Shown here in pieces: positions 1 through 12,200 of a stretch of 64,000 nt of DNA. Within the stretch, counting starts at the first letter, position 1, and every line of letters starts with the position of its first letter. Position numbers and translations under genes: made by a program. The notes under the pieces are model-generated. The model was not told the origin of the DNA. It was given only the letters and a program-made list of their open reading frames with translations, and made no database searches. The stretch is from Ruditapes philippinarum (Eukaryota), in NCBI RefSeq assembly GCF_026571515.1, contig NW_026854296.1:124001-188000 (forward strand). Reading direction: 5' to 3'.

Positions 1-660
1 TTTTCCATTTTCCTAGCTCCTTTTCTGAATGTTTTCACTTCTGTCAACACTTATTTTTTGTCTGTTACAATCCTCAGATAAGTTTTCTTTCTTTTAAAAA
101 GGTGTATGTCTAACAAATCCAAATTATATCCTTCTGAATCTTACACAATTATTTTCCTCCCATGAAATACACAACTTTAAGTTTAAAAAATGGCTGCCGC
201 TTACATTTTACAAAGCCAGGTCTAATATAAATTCGCAGTAAGTAACAGAAATATGGATGGATGGTTGGACTTTTTCTCCTACAAGAATTGATGATTCATA
301 TTTTTTTAATAAAATGAATAAATTTTACCGTCATTAAACCTTGATTGGCGGACTTATTTCTCAGCTCAAGACTTCTTGTTTTTGATGAGAAATTCCCTCT
401 AAATGGGGCTCTCAATGGGGGAAACAGATTTTAATATTAACGTTAAAATTATGGAAATTTCGTTTTAACTTGTTTTAAAGCATAAAATAAAAAGAAAATT
501 TGTCTGTTTGTTGTGTAAGATGTAATTTTATTTCATCTCGTGAACTTTAAAAACAGTATTCTCACTCGTGGCTACGCCACTCGTGAGAATACTGTTTTTA
601 AAGCCCACTCGATGAAATAAAATTTCATCTTACACACAAACAAACAAATATCCTCTATAT
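1..660. mobile_element. Non-autonomous DNA element with long terminal hairpin (Crypton-like), cut by the window start
   Basis: Aligns with 50266-50886. Imperfect inverted repeat ~499-650 centred on CACTCGTGGCTACGCCACTCGTG, ending ATATCCTCTATAT. This layout resembles non-autonomous Crypton-type elements of marine invertebrates (family call from recollection). Confidence 0.6.
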
Positions 661-3600
661 AATGCACTACTGAGTTTATATAGAGCTGAAGTGTGGCGAC
701 AAAATCTGAGACAATAGTTTAACTTGTCCCAATAGTTCATTCTACAAAACAGGCAGTTTTGAGATGTAAAAGAGAATGTTCTTTGAAATATACTTTTACA
801 TAATCATGTACCTAATCTAGTTATTAATAATACATGTCATTTGTTTCATGTTGCCAGCTAAAAGTGTTTTTATTGCTGTATTATATAAACGTGCTTGTAT
901 GTTGACATTTAACATTTTGGTATGATGGTCATATAACAATCAACAAAGAAAATCAATGTACATATTATGACAATTATTACTGTAGTAAGAGGAGATTTTA
1001 CTTATCTGAAATATGAAATATTTGGATTCTTCTGGAGGCATGCAGCTTTAAAGTGATAAGTGAGATGATATCCTTGGAGAACATAATTTCAATTTCATAT
1101 AGTTAATAACGACATTACTGGCAGCATCTTAAGAACGATGTGTTGTATTTTACAAAAATATAATTACTTATAATCTGATATTTTTAAAGTCAAAAGTTAT
1201 TGTGAAAATCATTATTAAAATATTGATTCTGTTTAAATTAAATCTAAATCATTGTTTTCTCTGCAAATTTTGTTTATGCTGTATATTTAATATGCACAGT
1301 TTAAAAATGTGTTAAATTAATTACTTGCGTTTTAACAGTATTTTGTGACGGCATATATTTCTGTCATATTAACACATTCAGTTTCAATGGAGAGACATAA
1401 ATATTAATTCACGAGAGCAGGGGGTCGGATGTATAGAGAACGATATCTTTTTAAGCGATGTAAAATGATGCGATAAGAAGAAATTGCAGAGTCTAGAATA
1501 AAATCACACGTCAGAAGGAGCATATTTTATAAAAAGAATATTAGAATTAAATGCCAATATGCACTGCAATGTATCTGTCCAACCAATCCTTCGTTAAATA
1601 GGACTTGTCACACACATTCCATAATCTGATGTTCTCCATAATAGTGACAGTTTGCTAGGACATGGTACATGTGGTAAGGCTAATGCACAGACTGCTGATA
1701 TCGGGCTGTCATGAAAGCTCATCATGAGGTGCAAACCATTAGTTTATCAACCCAATCATCACGTGTAGATAGATTAACACCGACATATAGCGCTATTAGA
1801 ATTACGAAGTTTGTTGTTATGTCTTAAAAAGTATTTTTTCTTTATTTCAGCACTGTAGAAGGAACATTTATCACCTCGTTACTTACATCCGCCATTATTC
1901 CGTATCGTACCATTTCACTGTGCTTAAAACATATGAACCGCTATAATACATTTGACCCCCTGTTTTTCTTTGTTGTTTTCGTTAGAATAATATGTTCATC
2001 TCTAACGATATGCAAGTAATATTAGCCGAAACAAAGTGATTCATTGCTTGTTATAGAAATGCACATTTTTTATTCGATTTCCGAGAAGACATTCAGTTAT
2101 TTCAGATATCTGAAAACCACATAGTCAGACAATCTAATGGATGAAAAATACTTTTTGTCTGAATTTCAAAAGATACAAAATAACAAATAGAAATCAATTA
2201 AACATTTTGCAAAACATTGCATTTGATGCATTAATATATGTGTGTTATATCAATTTTAAATATACATTGTCCTCAAGTGTCTAATGATGTTAGGACACGT
2301 GAGCACAAAAGTCATATTATTGTAATAATGGATTTTTAATGTTACAAAATATAACAAGCCTATGATATAAGTATTTAACTTTTCATAATCATATTAGATA
2401 CACTATTATATAGTAAACAGACTATCTTGAAGATAAGATAAAGGCTAGTGCTGAGAAATGTCGTTTCAGAAATATAAATTAAGCTCACAAATCACACGAT
2501 CATAACATGTAAACTAACTTATTCATTTCATTTATCCAACACCTGTTCGCGGCATACATTTCTTATTTTGTTAAGATTTATTTACTCGTACATTGAACCA
2601 ACGTTTGCAACGAATGCGCTGAAGTTGTCTTCCATCTCTAAATATTTTCATAACAGGTACATTTCTTGCCAAGTGCCCGTTGCCTATATTTCATCTAAAA
2701 TGAGAAGAACTGCAAATTGTGTTTTACTCACACGAAAGCAACGTGAAAGTAAATGTAATAACAAATATAGCTAGAATAAGGTGGATATTATTTCTTTGGA
2801 CTTAAAACAAGTATAAAAATAATGGATCCATTATCTAATGCCCTTAGAGTTGTATCACACAAAGCTAGTTTATTTTTGAAAACTGAAATACGCTTTATTT
2901 TCTCTAAGAATTGGTTTGTGAGTTAAAATTTGAGGAAGACATTGAGCAACCTGTTTATATTGTAACATAGAACATATAATACCCTTTCTATCGATATGTG
3001 TTCAAAGAGGAAATACTATAATAGCATTCTACTATATTTTCGTCACGAAAACCAACACACAAAAATATAATTTCATATAAAATAACATTAAGAAAAATCC
3101 CTCCTAATACAAAACATGCTACATTTGAAAGCAAGTAGAGAGTTAAATTTTTATTCACATTTCAAACCTTATCAGTCGAAACCGGCATGATGGTTAGTTA
3201 GCGAATGTTACAGCGCTCGTTTTGTTAAATAACTAACATGAAAAAACATCTAACAACGATAACATTACAAAATATTTAGAGATTCTTTATTTTTTATAAA
3301 GTAATTTCCTTATTTTTAAACTTATGTTAAAGAATTACTTTAAGTGAAAAGCGTAAGGGCAATTGTATTAATATATTGCATATAGGTGGGTGATCCCGAA
3401 ACATAAAATAAAACATAAAATATCGAGGTAAAGTCTGCATATTGTTTAACAGAATACCAGAGAGAACTTTACACATACTGTGGCAAGTGTAAACATTTTG
3501 GAAACAGGTAATTATCTACAGTTATTTTACGCCCGTGACACTTCACATCAATGTTGAATGTCTTGATTTTAAGACAAGACGACATAAAACCACTAGCTTT

Positions 3601-4403
3601 TTAACTTAGATTACAGATTACATATAATTCCAATATATCTCGATATATTTGTCGTTAATTCTATTTTAAGAGTTCTTATCAGTCTGATAAATCTGATGAA
3701 TTCTGGCTTAAACTTTTCAACCGGAAAGTTTAGATATCAACAGAATTTTACTATAATTAAGAATGAACTCAAGAAGTATTTATGTTTCTATCAGTCTTTA
3801 TAAATAAGTTTGTGTTCATTGCGTTGTTCTTGCTGGATAGCTTTTCATTTGGTACCAGTGCAAATCTGATAAAAATCTCTTATTCTATGAAATTTGTTTT
3901 ATACATTTGATTGGAAAAGAAAATCGATTATATCATGGTTTTTTAATAAACGCGGGTTGCATGGAGTCTATTCATATATTTTAGAAACATGGTTCTGTTA
4001 TCAGTTTTACTTACCATCGAATCTGTAATTACAAGAAATATGTTCATCATGTCCTATAGATTTTATCATTGTATGGATATCGAACCAATTACTTGTAACT
4101 TGAATTGTAGCTTTGATATACAATGAAGCATTATTTTTTATATTTTTCTTAATTGTTTTAAAAATTATATATTCAGAAACGTGACCACTATGATTTTATG
4201 CACGATAATTGCTTACTAGAAAAAATACCTTTTTATCAAAGATTGGAAAATTTGAAACTCATGAATTTTATCAAATTCTTGTTGCATACAATTTGTTAAA
4301 GAAACAGATAATGAAGTAAATCTAAAATATGGTTTGTCGAATATTCAAATTTGTAACTAAGCGATCACATTGTCGTTGTACTTACCACTGTGCCATTTTG
4401 ATG

Positions 4404-4658
4404 TTTAACCTCCGGATCATGGCAGTAATACAATTTCAATTCATCAGGTCCAAGTTCAACCACTGCAATGTTCCTAGACAGGATGTCCAACAGTTTTTAC
4501 TAGTGCATTGACGTTCGCAAGGATATCTGTACATGCCAGATCAGAGGTACAGAGCGTGTGAATGACCGTAGAAAGTCTTTTAAAACAAGATTAGTCAAAG
4601 TATGATATCTGCACTGTCCGGGAATCAAATCTTGGGTGCCTAATTAACAGTTCATCGT
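4404..4658 (-). mobile_element. tRNA-derived SINE (family 1), 5'-truncated
   Basis: Homologous to the full SINE at 46764-47073. Flanked by an apparent TSD TTTTGATG (4396-4403 and 4659-4666). Confidence 0.8.
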
Positions 4659-4810
4659 TTTTGATGATATTATCATTGAATGGACATGGAAACAATACAT
4701 GCGGCGATAGTTCCGTGATATGCTAATCTTAGTATGTGCAAAATATTACGTCTTAGAAACAAAAAATATAGGAGATATGACAAAATTCCCAGAACTTCCC
4801 GAACAACCCT

Positions 4811-5094
4811 TGTAGTTTACCCTCCAGATCACGGCAATAGTACACTTTGAATTCATCAGGGCCCAGTTCCGCCGACGCAATGTTCCTGGACAGGATGTCC
4901 AACAGTTACTACTAGTGCCTTGATTTTCACAAGGACATCTGTACATGCCAGGTCAGAGGTACAGAGCATGCAAATGACCGTTGAAAGTTTTTTTAAAGCA
5001 GATTAGTCAAATGATATCTGCACTGTCCGGAAATCAAATCTTGGATGCCTAATTAACTGTTCATCGCTTTTCCAAGTAAGCTAACCGCCATCGG
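4811..5094 (-). mobile_element. tRNA-derived SINE (family 1)
   Basis: Second copy of the same family. The minus strand starts with an A-box-like GGTTAGCTTACTTGG and a degenerate B box. Confidence 0.8.
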
Positions 5095-6321
5095 ATTGTT
5101 ATTATGAATTTTTATCATCGATAACTATTCTTTAATTAAAAACCAATGAGTAAACTGTAAATAATAAAGGAATCTTCCCGAAAAGCCATCCAAAAATAAA
5201 TCAGTCGTGTCAGGACAATATTACCAAACTATATAAATTACAACTTAACACACTTATTTAATTATGATTAATTCAAAAGATACAAAAAGGTTGATGTTCT
5301 AAACAGCGTTAATAATCGAATTAATTTTGTCATTTGTAGTAATTTGAATCCATGTGAACTTTCATTTTGCGTTATGCCCGGGTTGACTCGCTGTTGCACT
5401 TGAATGCATTTGTATATATATATATGAACAACAGTATTGATTGTTTAATATATAGTTTCAAAGCATTTCACAATATTCACGACAATAATTATAATTAATG
5501 GTTTAAACGTTTTGTTTCATGTAAAATTATTATATTCATTAATAGTTGTCAGAAAGACATAGTTTTATGATTATAGAATTGTTCATCCAGAGATAGCCTT
5601 CTAGGAAGAAAATATAAAAAAGCAGTCAATATATACAATTCTGTTTAATCAAATTGGATGCACTGTAAACAAATAATTGATCCCCTTGAGATAATAACTT
5701 GTCAACACTTTATTTACGTGAATACTTAAAGATACACACTTGACCAGATGTTATTAACCGACATAATCCAAATACAGACTTTCACATTTACAAGTGATAG
5801 TTTTATGCTGTTAGAGAAAAGTAACATTTCAATTTTTAAAGATATTGATCAAGCCATTTTAACTGTAAGCTTGCCAGATATAGCTGGTCAAATAGGCTAC
5901 CCATACAGCTATTTGTTACTCATAACTTGTTTTGAATAAAGTTGTTTAAACTTGTTTTTTTGTAACTTTGTTAACATTCTCTTCTAAAAGTGAACTTTCG
6001 ATTTTTTATTCCGAAATTTGTGTACATATGTATCAACAGCAACTTATTAATTATTCATAGTTTTAATAACTTGTTGTATAGGAACGGGTGACGGTATTAA
6101 AAATTATATCGTTATATATGAGAATTAAGTGTAAAATTAATGCGATAGATCTTAATACAGGAATAAGACGTCTTATGAGACTACTCAATATTTACATATG
6201 GTCAGCAAGAGAGAAAAGAAAGACATAAAATTAGTATTTCCTTTGAGAAATAATGCAACACCATTAGCACGTCTATGTCTGTCCATGAAAAGCATTAATG
6301 CTAAAAGTTTGAATAAATTAA

Positions 6322-6674
6322 AGATATACTCGTACTATGCTCATCTTTGGGTAAAATATTTTTATCTCAGAAATGTATTGAAATCCATGAAATTCTTACT
6401 GAATATGTTTAATTTGAATAAAAGAATGAATAAACTATGTATGGGAAGCTGTATTCTCCATTACGGGTCAAGTAAAGTTGGTCTTTTCTTAAAAAAACTG
6501 CCAGTTGTTATAATGACACTATATATTTATATTGTGACCACCGATAGTGTGAAGAGTTCAAAACATAACATATCTACTTTAAATGAAGTTGAAACCTGTT
6601 TATTTTATACATACAAAGCGGCAGTGTAGCAATTATCAATATTTTCAAAAATCAAATTTGAGCATAGTATATCT
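6322..6674. mobile_element. Non-autonomous TTAA-targeting DNA transposon (Kolobok-like MITE)
   Basis: TTAA at 6318-6321 and 6675-6678. TIRs are AGATATACT..ATGCTCA and TGAGCATAGTATATCT. Copy B has a single empty TTAA at 16889-16892. Confidence 0.85.
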
Positions 6675-7984
6675 TTAACAGTTTAAAAATCCATTATAAA
6701 AATTGACAACTAAATAGAATATGGAATCGTTGGAATATTTTACAAAATGCTAGTGTACACACACAGTGTTACATTGTTTGACATAGTTACTGGACATAAG
6801 TTAAGCTTTCTGTCAATATGACATTTAAAGTAAACATCTTCTAATATCATTCTAAATTAATTATTGTAAAAAAAATATTTGTTAAAGAGCCGGTTTATTT
6901 CATTAACGGAATGAAAACATGAAACTGTCTAAAATGTATTTTACTTCAGAGATATTTAAAGATCAAGTGAACACGGAATATATTTAAAGCGTTCTAGTTT
7001 CTTAAAAACCATTAATTAATAAACTCTTAAGTTATATATTTTGAAATTGTATTTCATTCACACTCTATAAAAATGGATTCCGCGTTCAAGCATTGTAATA
7101 AAATAGATATATAAATGGAATTGAAAATATAAGACATTTTCATTTACTCTAAATATTAATAATATCAGAACGGTCTAGAAATTTGAAACTGTTCTTATTT
7201 ATGTTTTCATCCGCTTTGGTTACACGTTGTGACAGGTGCACTAAGACATCTTTATTCTAGAAAATATAATTCATTTATTTCATCTTATAAAAAGAAAAAA
7301 GGAAAACGGTTAAAGTAAAAGTTAACCTTAAAGTAGTCGTCTGAAAAATGTTTTTCTCAATTTATATTGCTTTAAACAACGCACGATTTTTTATTTTATC
7401 GATATCAACGTATTTCTTTTCACCTTATAGTTTATATTTCAATTCTGTATATTGCAATTTGAACTTAAACAATGTCTTGATTTTAGCGTGTGTGACATAC
7501 AATTAACCAGGCTTTCTGTACATAAAAAAAAATGAGAACAAAAATGACAATGGAGCGTCCTGTTCACGTATAATTAGGTAGTGTACGCCTAATAGGCACT
7601 TACACATGTTACAGGAACTGTCAAAATAACACAATGATTTTGTTGTAATCCTTTCATACTTTTATTCTCTCAATTCACAGAATCACTGCGCAAACATGAA
7701 CGCACATCACTTCACATAGGTTATAATTTTGTTTATGTTATGCAATATTTTTATATTATTTTCCATATTAATGTAAAAGTTCCGGTATTGTTTACATGAA
7801 TTTATGTCTATCTACATATACATGATGCTACATCGATTAATGTATTCTATCATATTATTGGTGCTAGGCTTATATTCTTGTACAACTTTTATTGTGTGCT
7901 GCAATGGTAAGTTTTATTTGTAAGGGGAAAGAATAAAAAGCAGGATAATTATGAACTGGCCAATTGATCAAATACACAGCCCAA

Positions 7985-8590
7985 TAAAATAGATAAATAC
8001 AGAATCCCTGAAGAAAGCCCAACACGGCAAAATTGAAAATGTTGCAGGCTCGGTTTGATTGAGCCTGTTCATGGACGGTACTGGAAAGTGCAAGTTACCG
8101 TCCACGCCCCCTAGCACCGGCTTAAGCAGAATTCAACATTTAAACATGACATAGTAAAATTTTGAATTTAGAAACATCCGCAGATGTGTTCATACAGCGG
8201 TTATCATGGAACCTTCAATGTGACACTTCAGTGCCATTCCATGAAAAGCGGCGTATGGTCCCCAAGTAATAAAAAGCGTGTGCCCTAAACGAGAAAACAA
8301 TGGGCGGAACTAAATAAAATGGAATTTTGAAAGGGGATCAGAGGTTATGAAGCCTGCGTATCACAGATAAGACGTCAAAAGACAAATTTAAAAAGCAGGC
8401 AACATATCCTAAGGGTGATTCAACATTATTCAAGTAGGAATATTGGAACCACCCAATTAAAAAATGCCGAAAAGTTGAAACTAAAAATACCACAAGCACA
8501 ACAATAATTTTCAAGGATCGAAAATATAACATCATTGATTAAATGTACGGGGAGACTTTTTACAGCCGCCACACGGCTCGGAGCCGCCAA
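7985..8590 (+). mobile_element. Interspersed repeat, unclassified, with internal hairpins
   Basis: Absent from copy B, with a CCAA junction. Its first ~110 bp recur inverted at ~58530-58650. Contains hairpin CAGGCTCGGTTTGATTGAGCCTG. Confidence 0.6.
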
Positions 8591-11509
8591 GCCACGGATC
8601 AGAGCAATGGAAGTTAGAATGAATTTACCTAGCTGTTGTTGTATGTACGACATACAGCTTATTTTCATATGTACGTTCACTGAAATTGAATCAGTGAAAG
8701 TATTTATAGCCGTGTGTTAGATGAGTAAAAGCCTTCTGAAAAGTGGCTAATTTAATTGGAATACGTGTAAAGGTCAATGAAAGACAGGTGAATCTCTTTT
8801 TCTTTGTTCGTTAAAAAGAATTACCAACGAAACACAGTCCATGTATATGAAGGTATACAGTTTTCTTATCTTCAATGTTTTTATTCCTCAAACGTTGTCG
8901 ACATTTATCAAAAATGTAAGTCATAAACCATAACTTATATATCAAGATCTTGCTCTGAAATGCTCTTTTCTGTAACATTAGATTTTTATCTTAACAAGCA
9001 CGTTATTATCATCTGATGTTTGCCAGATTTCAGATATTTTTAAAATAGCATTTCAAATCTCTATGAAATATTACTCGTCAATAAATGTATCATGTGTTGA
9101 ACCATACATATTTCCTTGAACCTTCAAACGCTCACTTGAATATATTGCTGGTGGTTCCTATAATAATATAATAATGTTATAGTAATAAATGAGATAATAA
9201 AAGGTGAAAACACTTAAAGTTCATGGAAAGCCTTAGCATGCCTTTTAATAACACATTTATTGAAATAATGAAGTCGATGCTAACAGACAAGCCAGGCAAG
9301 AAACTTTGTTGATATTTCAATTATTGCTAGCATTATTGTATGTCTCTCAAGTGAACGATTTTATTGATTTGATATCAAATCGTAGAAATTAATTACAATA
9401 TTGTTATACAGTTTCCAAAGGATGGTGGCATTAAATGAATGCTAAATTATCTTTTCTTAATATATAAACTCACCTTATGATTATAATCATTCTCAAAGCC
9501 ACATGCTTTATAGATTAAATCTTATCAACTTTGCAATTCCAAAATGCGGCTTAGAACATACATATTAGATAAAATGTATATTCCTGTACCCTTATACTGA
9601 GGGTGAAGTCCTTAACAGTAAAATGTGGGCGAGCAAGAAATGTATGTGGGAAACATCTTGTTATACTTTCAATTGAAATATTTGTAAATATACGTATTTT
9701 TGGCAGAATCTATATTTAAATGGCATTTAGTTTACAAATCGGCTGTATTTTGGTCGGTTCTTAAAATGTTCTATTATATACAGTGAGACATGAACAGACC
9801 AAGATATTTTAAAGTCATACTTTAATACTGATACAAAATAATGTGAATACATGTTCACTTACAAAACCAGATCAATTATATTAAAAAATGACATTTTTTG
9901 AAATACGTGTCAATACCGTCTTGAGTTTAAGAATAGTGATATATCTAAACCTAAAGTAGAATTAAAAGTAGAATTACTTCCAGTTATTCATATATATTCA
10001 AAGCTTGTATGCGATAGGTTTTACTTCGAATTACATAGAAATGGGGAAAAAACATGGTTCAATCTATGGCAAGTTATTCTTGAAGATGTCGTTCTGTGCA
10101 TGTTCAAATACAATTTTTACTTAATACGATTTGAATCCCGATTGAATGATAACTTTTGTCCATAATGTCTGTTTATTTTGCTTATTGGTATGATTTCATA
10201 TAAAGCGTAGCTTTGGTGATAAAATGGTCAGATGTTGATAGAAATGCGTATTTGCAGTTAATAAAATGACAACTTATATACCTAATGCATCAAACTGGAC
10301 AATGTTATAAATAAGCATGTCTTAGTCATTGAATGACAAAAATATGATTGTTTAATACCATATTGGATAATTATGCTTTAGAACATTATGTCACTTGGCA
10401 TCTTTTTTAAATATCGATTAAATCTTTTCCGGTATTTATCAAGTAACATATCCATGCAACAAAAATAATTAATTATTCATTAATACAGTGGCCAAATCTA
10501 AATAATCTAAATGCCAAATAAAAAGCAAGACATTTATCTCAAACTGACAAAGTATGTCATATCAAATGCCATAAAATGTCTCAGAGTAATAACATAATAA
10601 CCAAATGAAAATTATGCAAATACAAGCGCTTGTATTTCTCAATTGTATGTCATACATAGTGTATGAAGGAATCGATATATTAACCATCTGCCCTACAACG
10701 GTTTCGTGGTCTGCTGAAATAGTAATCAAAGAATATAGCTACGTTATAAACATAAAGCATTAAGCTTTTAATTTTGAAAGACCGGTGCATAGGCATTAGT
10801 TCAAATAATAAATGATATAATATACGTATTGAGAATAGACCAAATAACACAAAGCATGATTCATAATGAACCTTTCATGTCCATCAGTCTAACTATTTCA
10901 CAAAAAAAAACTGTTGTAATAGCAATTAATTTTCACTTTTCACATGATTGCACGAGTGTGCTTTTAATTAAATGCGTTTTAATCAATTATCCTTATTAAT
11001 AGAATAAGATACATACCGGTAATGTTAATCATTTCAATACCGCATGCTGCCGTTCTATTAAGTGAGTAAGCTAACATTGTGACCAAACCAATTGGTTTAT
11101 GTCACAATCCAAACCACAAATAAGTATGAATGCATTAGAAAGACAAATATTTATTAATAACCTTTGTCTGTAACATCATTCTTATCTTCAAATTTCCATT
11201 CACTGAAATAATATATGCGTAAAGTATTGATACTAGTGTATATGTGGAATATAGCAATCGTAAACGTCGATAAATGATAGAAATATGAGAAAAGGTCTAT
11301 TCAAGTCATTCCTTCGTCTAATATTTCTTAAGGCATGACAATTTACTGCTATTATTTACTAAGATAATGCTAGAAAAAAACAACACTTTTTCATTTAGAA
11401 AGAATAACGTTGATATACATTTGATATTTAATTCACAAACACATGTCACACGTTTAATGTACTTTACATTGAAAGTGTACAACTGTGAACAAATTTTTTC
11501 AATTGTTTT

Positions 11510-11870
11510 AAAATAGCATCATTTGTTTATAGATGGAAGCATTTTCAATCTCTATGAAATCTGAAAATAACTTTTTTCCCTTGTCAATTAAGTTCATATG
11601 TGTTGAACCAGATATGTTTCCAATAACTTTCAAATGTTTACTAAAATATATTGCTGGCAATTCTTAATGTAAAACAGTAATTAAAAGCTGAGAAGGAATT
11701 GACGTTGGTCGAAAGCCCTAAACATCATTTTAAATAAACAATTTATAATTGAAATATTGTGAAAAACTGCAGGCAACTCTTTTACATTTTTCAATTATAA
11801 TTGTAACCTGAGATGTTCTCATTTATTGATTTGATATTTTAACGTAACACATATACATGTATATCATAAT
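11510..11870 (+). repeat. Older diverged copy of 9040-9400 / 18670-19015
   Basis: Shared ordered anchors TCTCTATGAAAT, ATGTGTTGAACCA, ATATATTGCTGG, GAAAGCC, CAGGCAA and TTATTGATTTGATAT. Confidence 0.7.
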
Positions 11871-12200
11871 ATTCAATATTTTTTATATATTTTTCACATT
11901 TAATGAACGCTTAATGAAAGTAAATGATAGCAGACTGCAACATGGAGGAGGACCGATAAAGTGAATCATTAATGAAATATTCTGGCACACATATTTCGTT
12001 CATCCCACCTGTTTAATATTTATCAATTTCAATCCAATGACATATACATTGAATTGCAAATGATCGTTTCACAAAATATTGTTTGCCCTTTTATTAATAC
12101 GTAAACATGCTATCTTGTTTAATTATTCTAAAGCAATTTGATGACAATGCTATAAAAAGACTGTTGCAATATAATTGTAATTAATTTTTGAATACAAAAC

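Larger units (their letters stand above)
930..11074 (+). repeat. Tandem segmental duplication, copy A (~10.1 kb)
   Basis: Collinear with 12201-20723 from CATATAACAATCAACAAAGAAAATCAATG to CCGTTCTATTAAGT(G/T)AGTAAGCTAA. Identity is roughly 90-99% by eye. Confidence 0.95.

Noticed and set aside
4329-4511. Duplicated 60-aa ORF (also 15373-15555), and the similar ORF pairs 8535/18196 and 4746/46777
   Set aside because: The identity comes from the segmental duplication and SINE copies, not from coding constraint.
6198-6629. 143-aa ORF, the longest in the track
   Set aside because: It runs across the junction into a MITE that is absent from the duplicate copy, and it has no recognisable domain.
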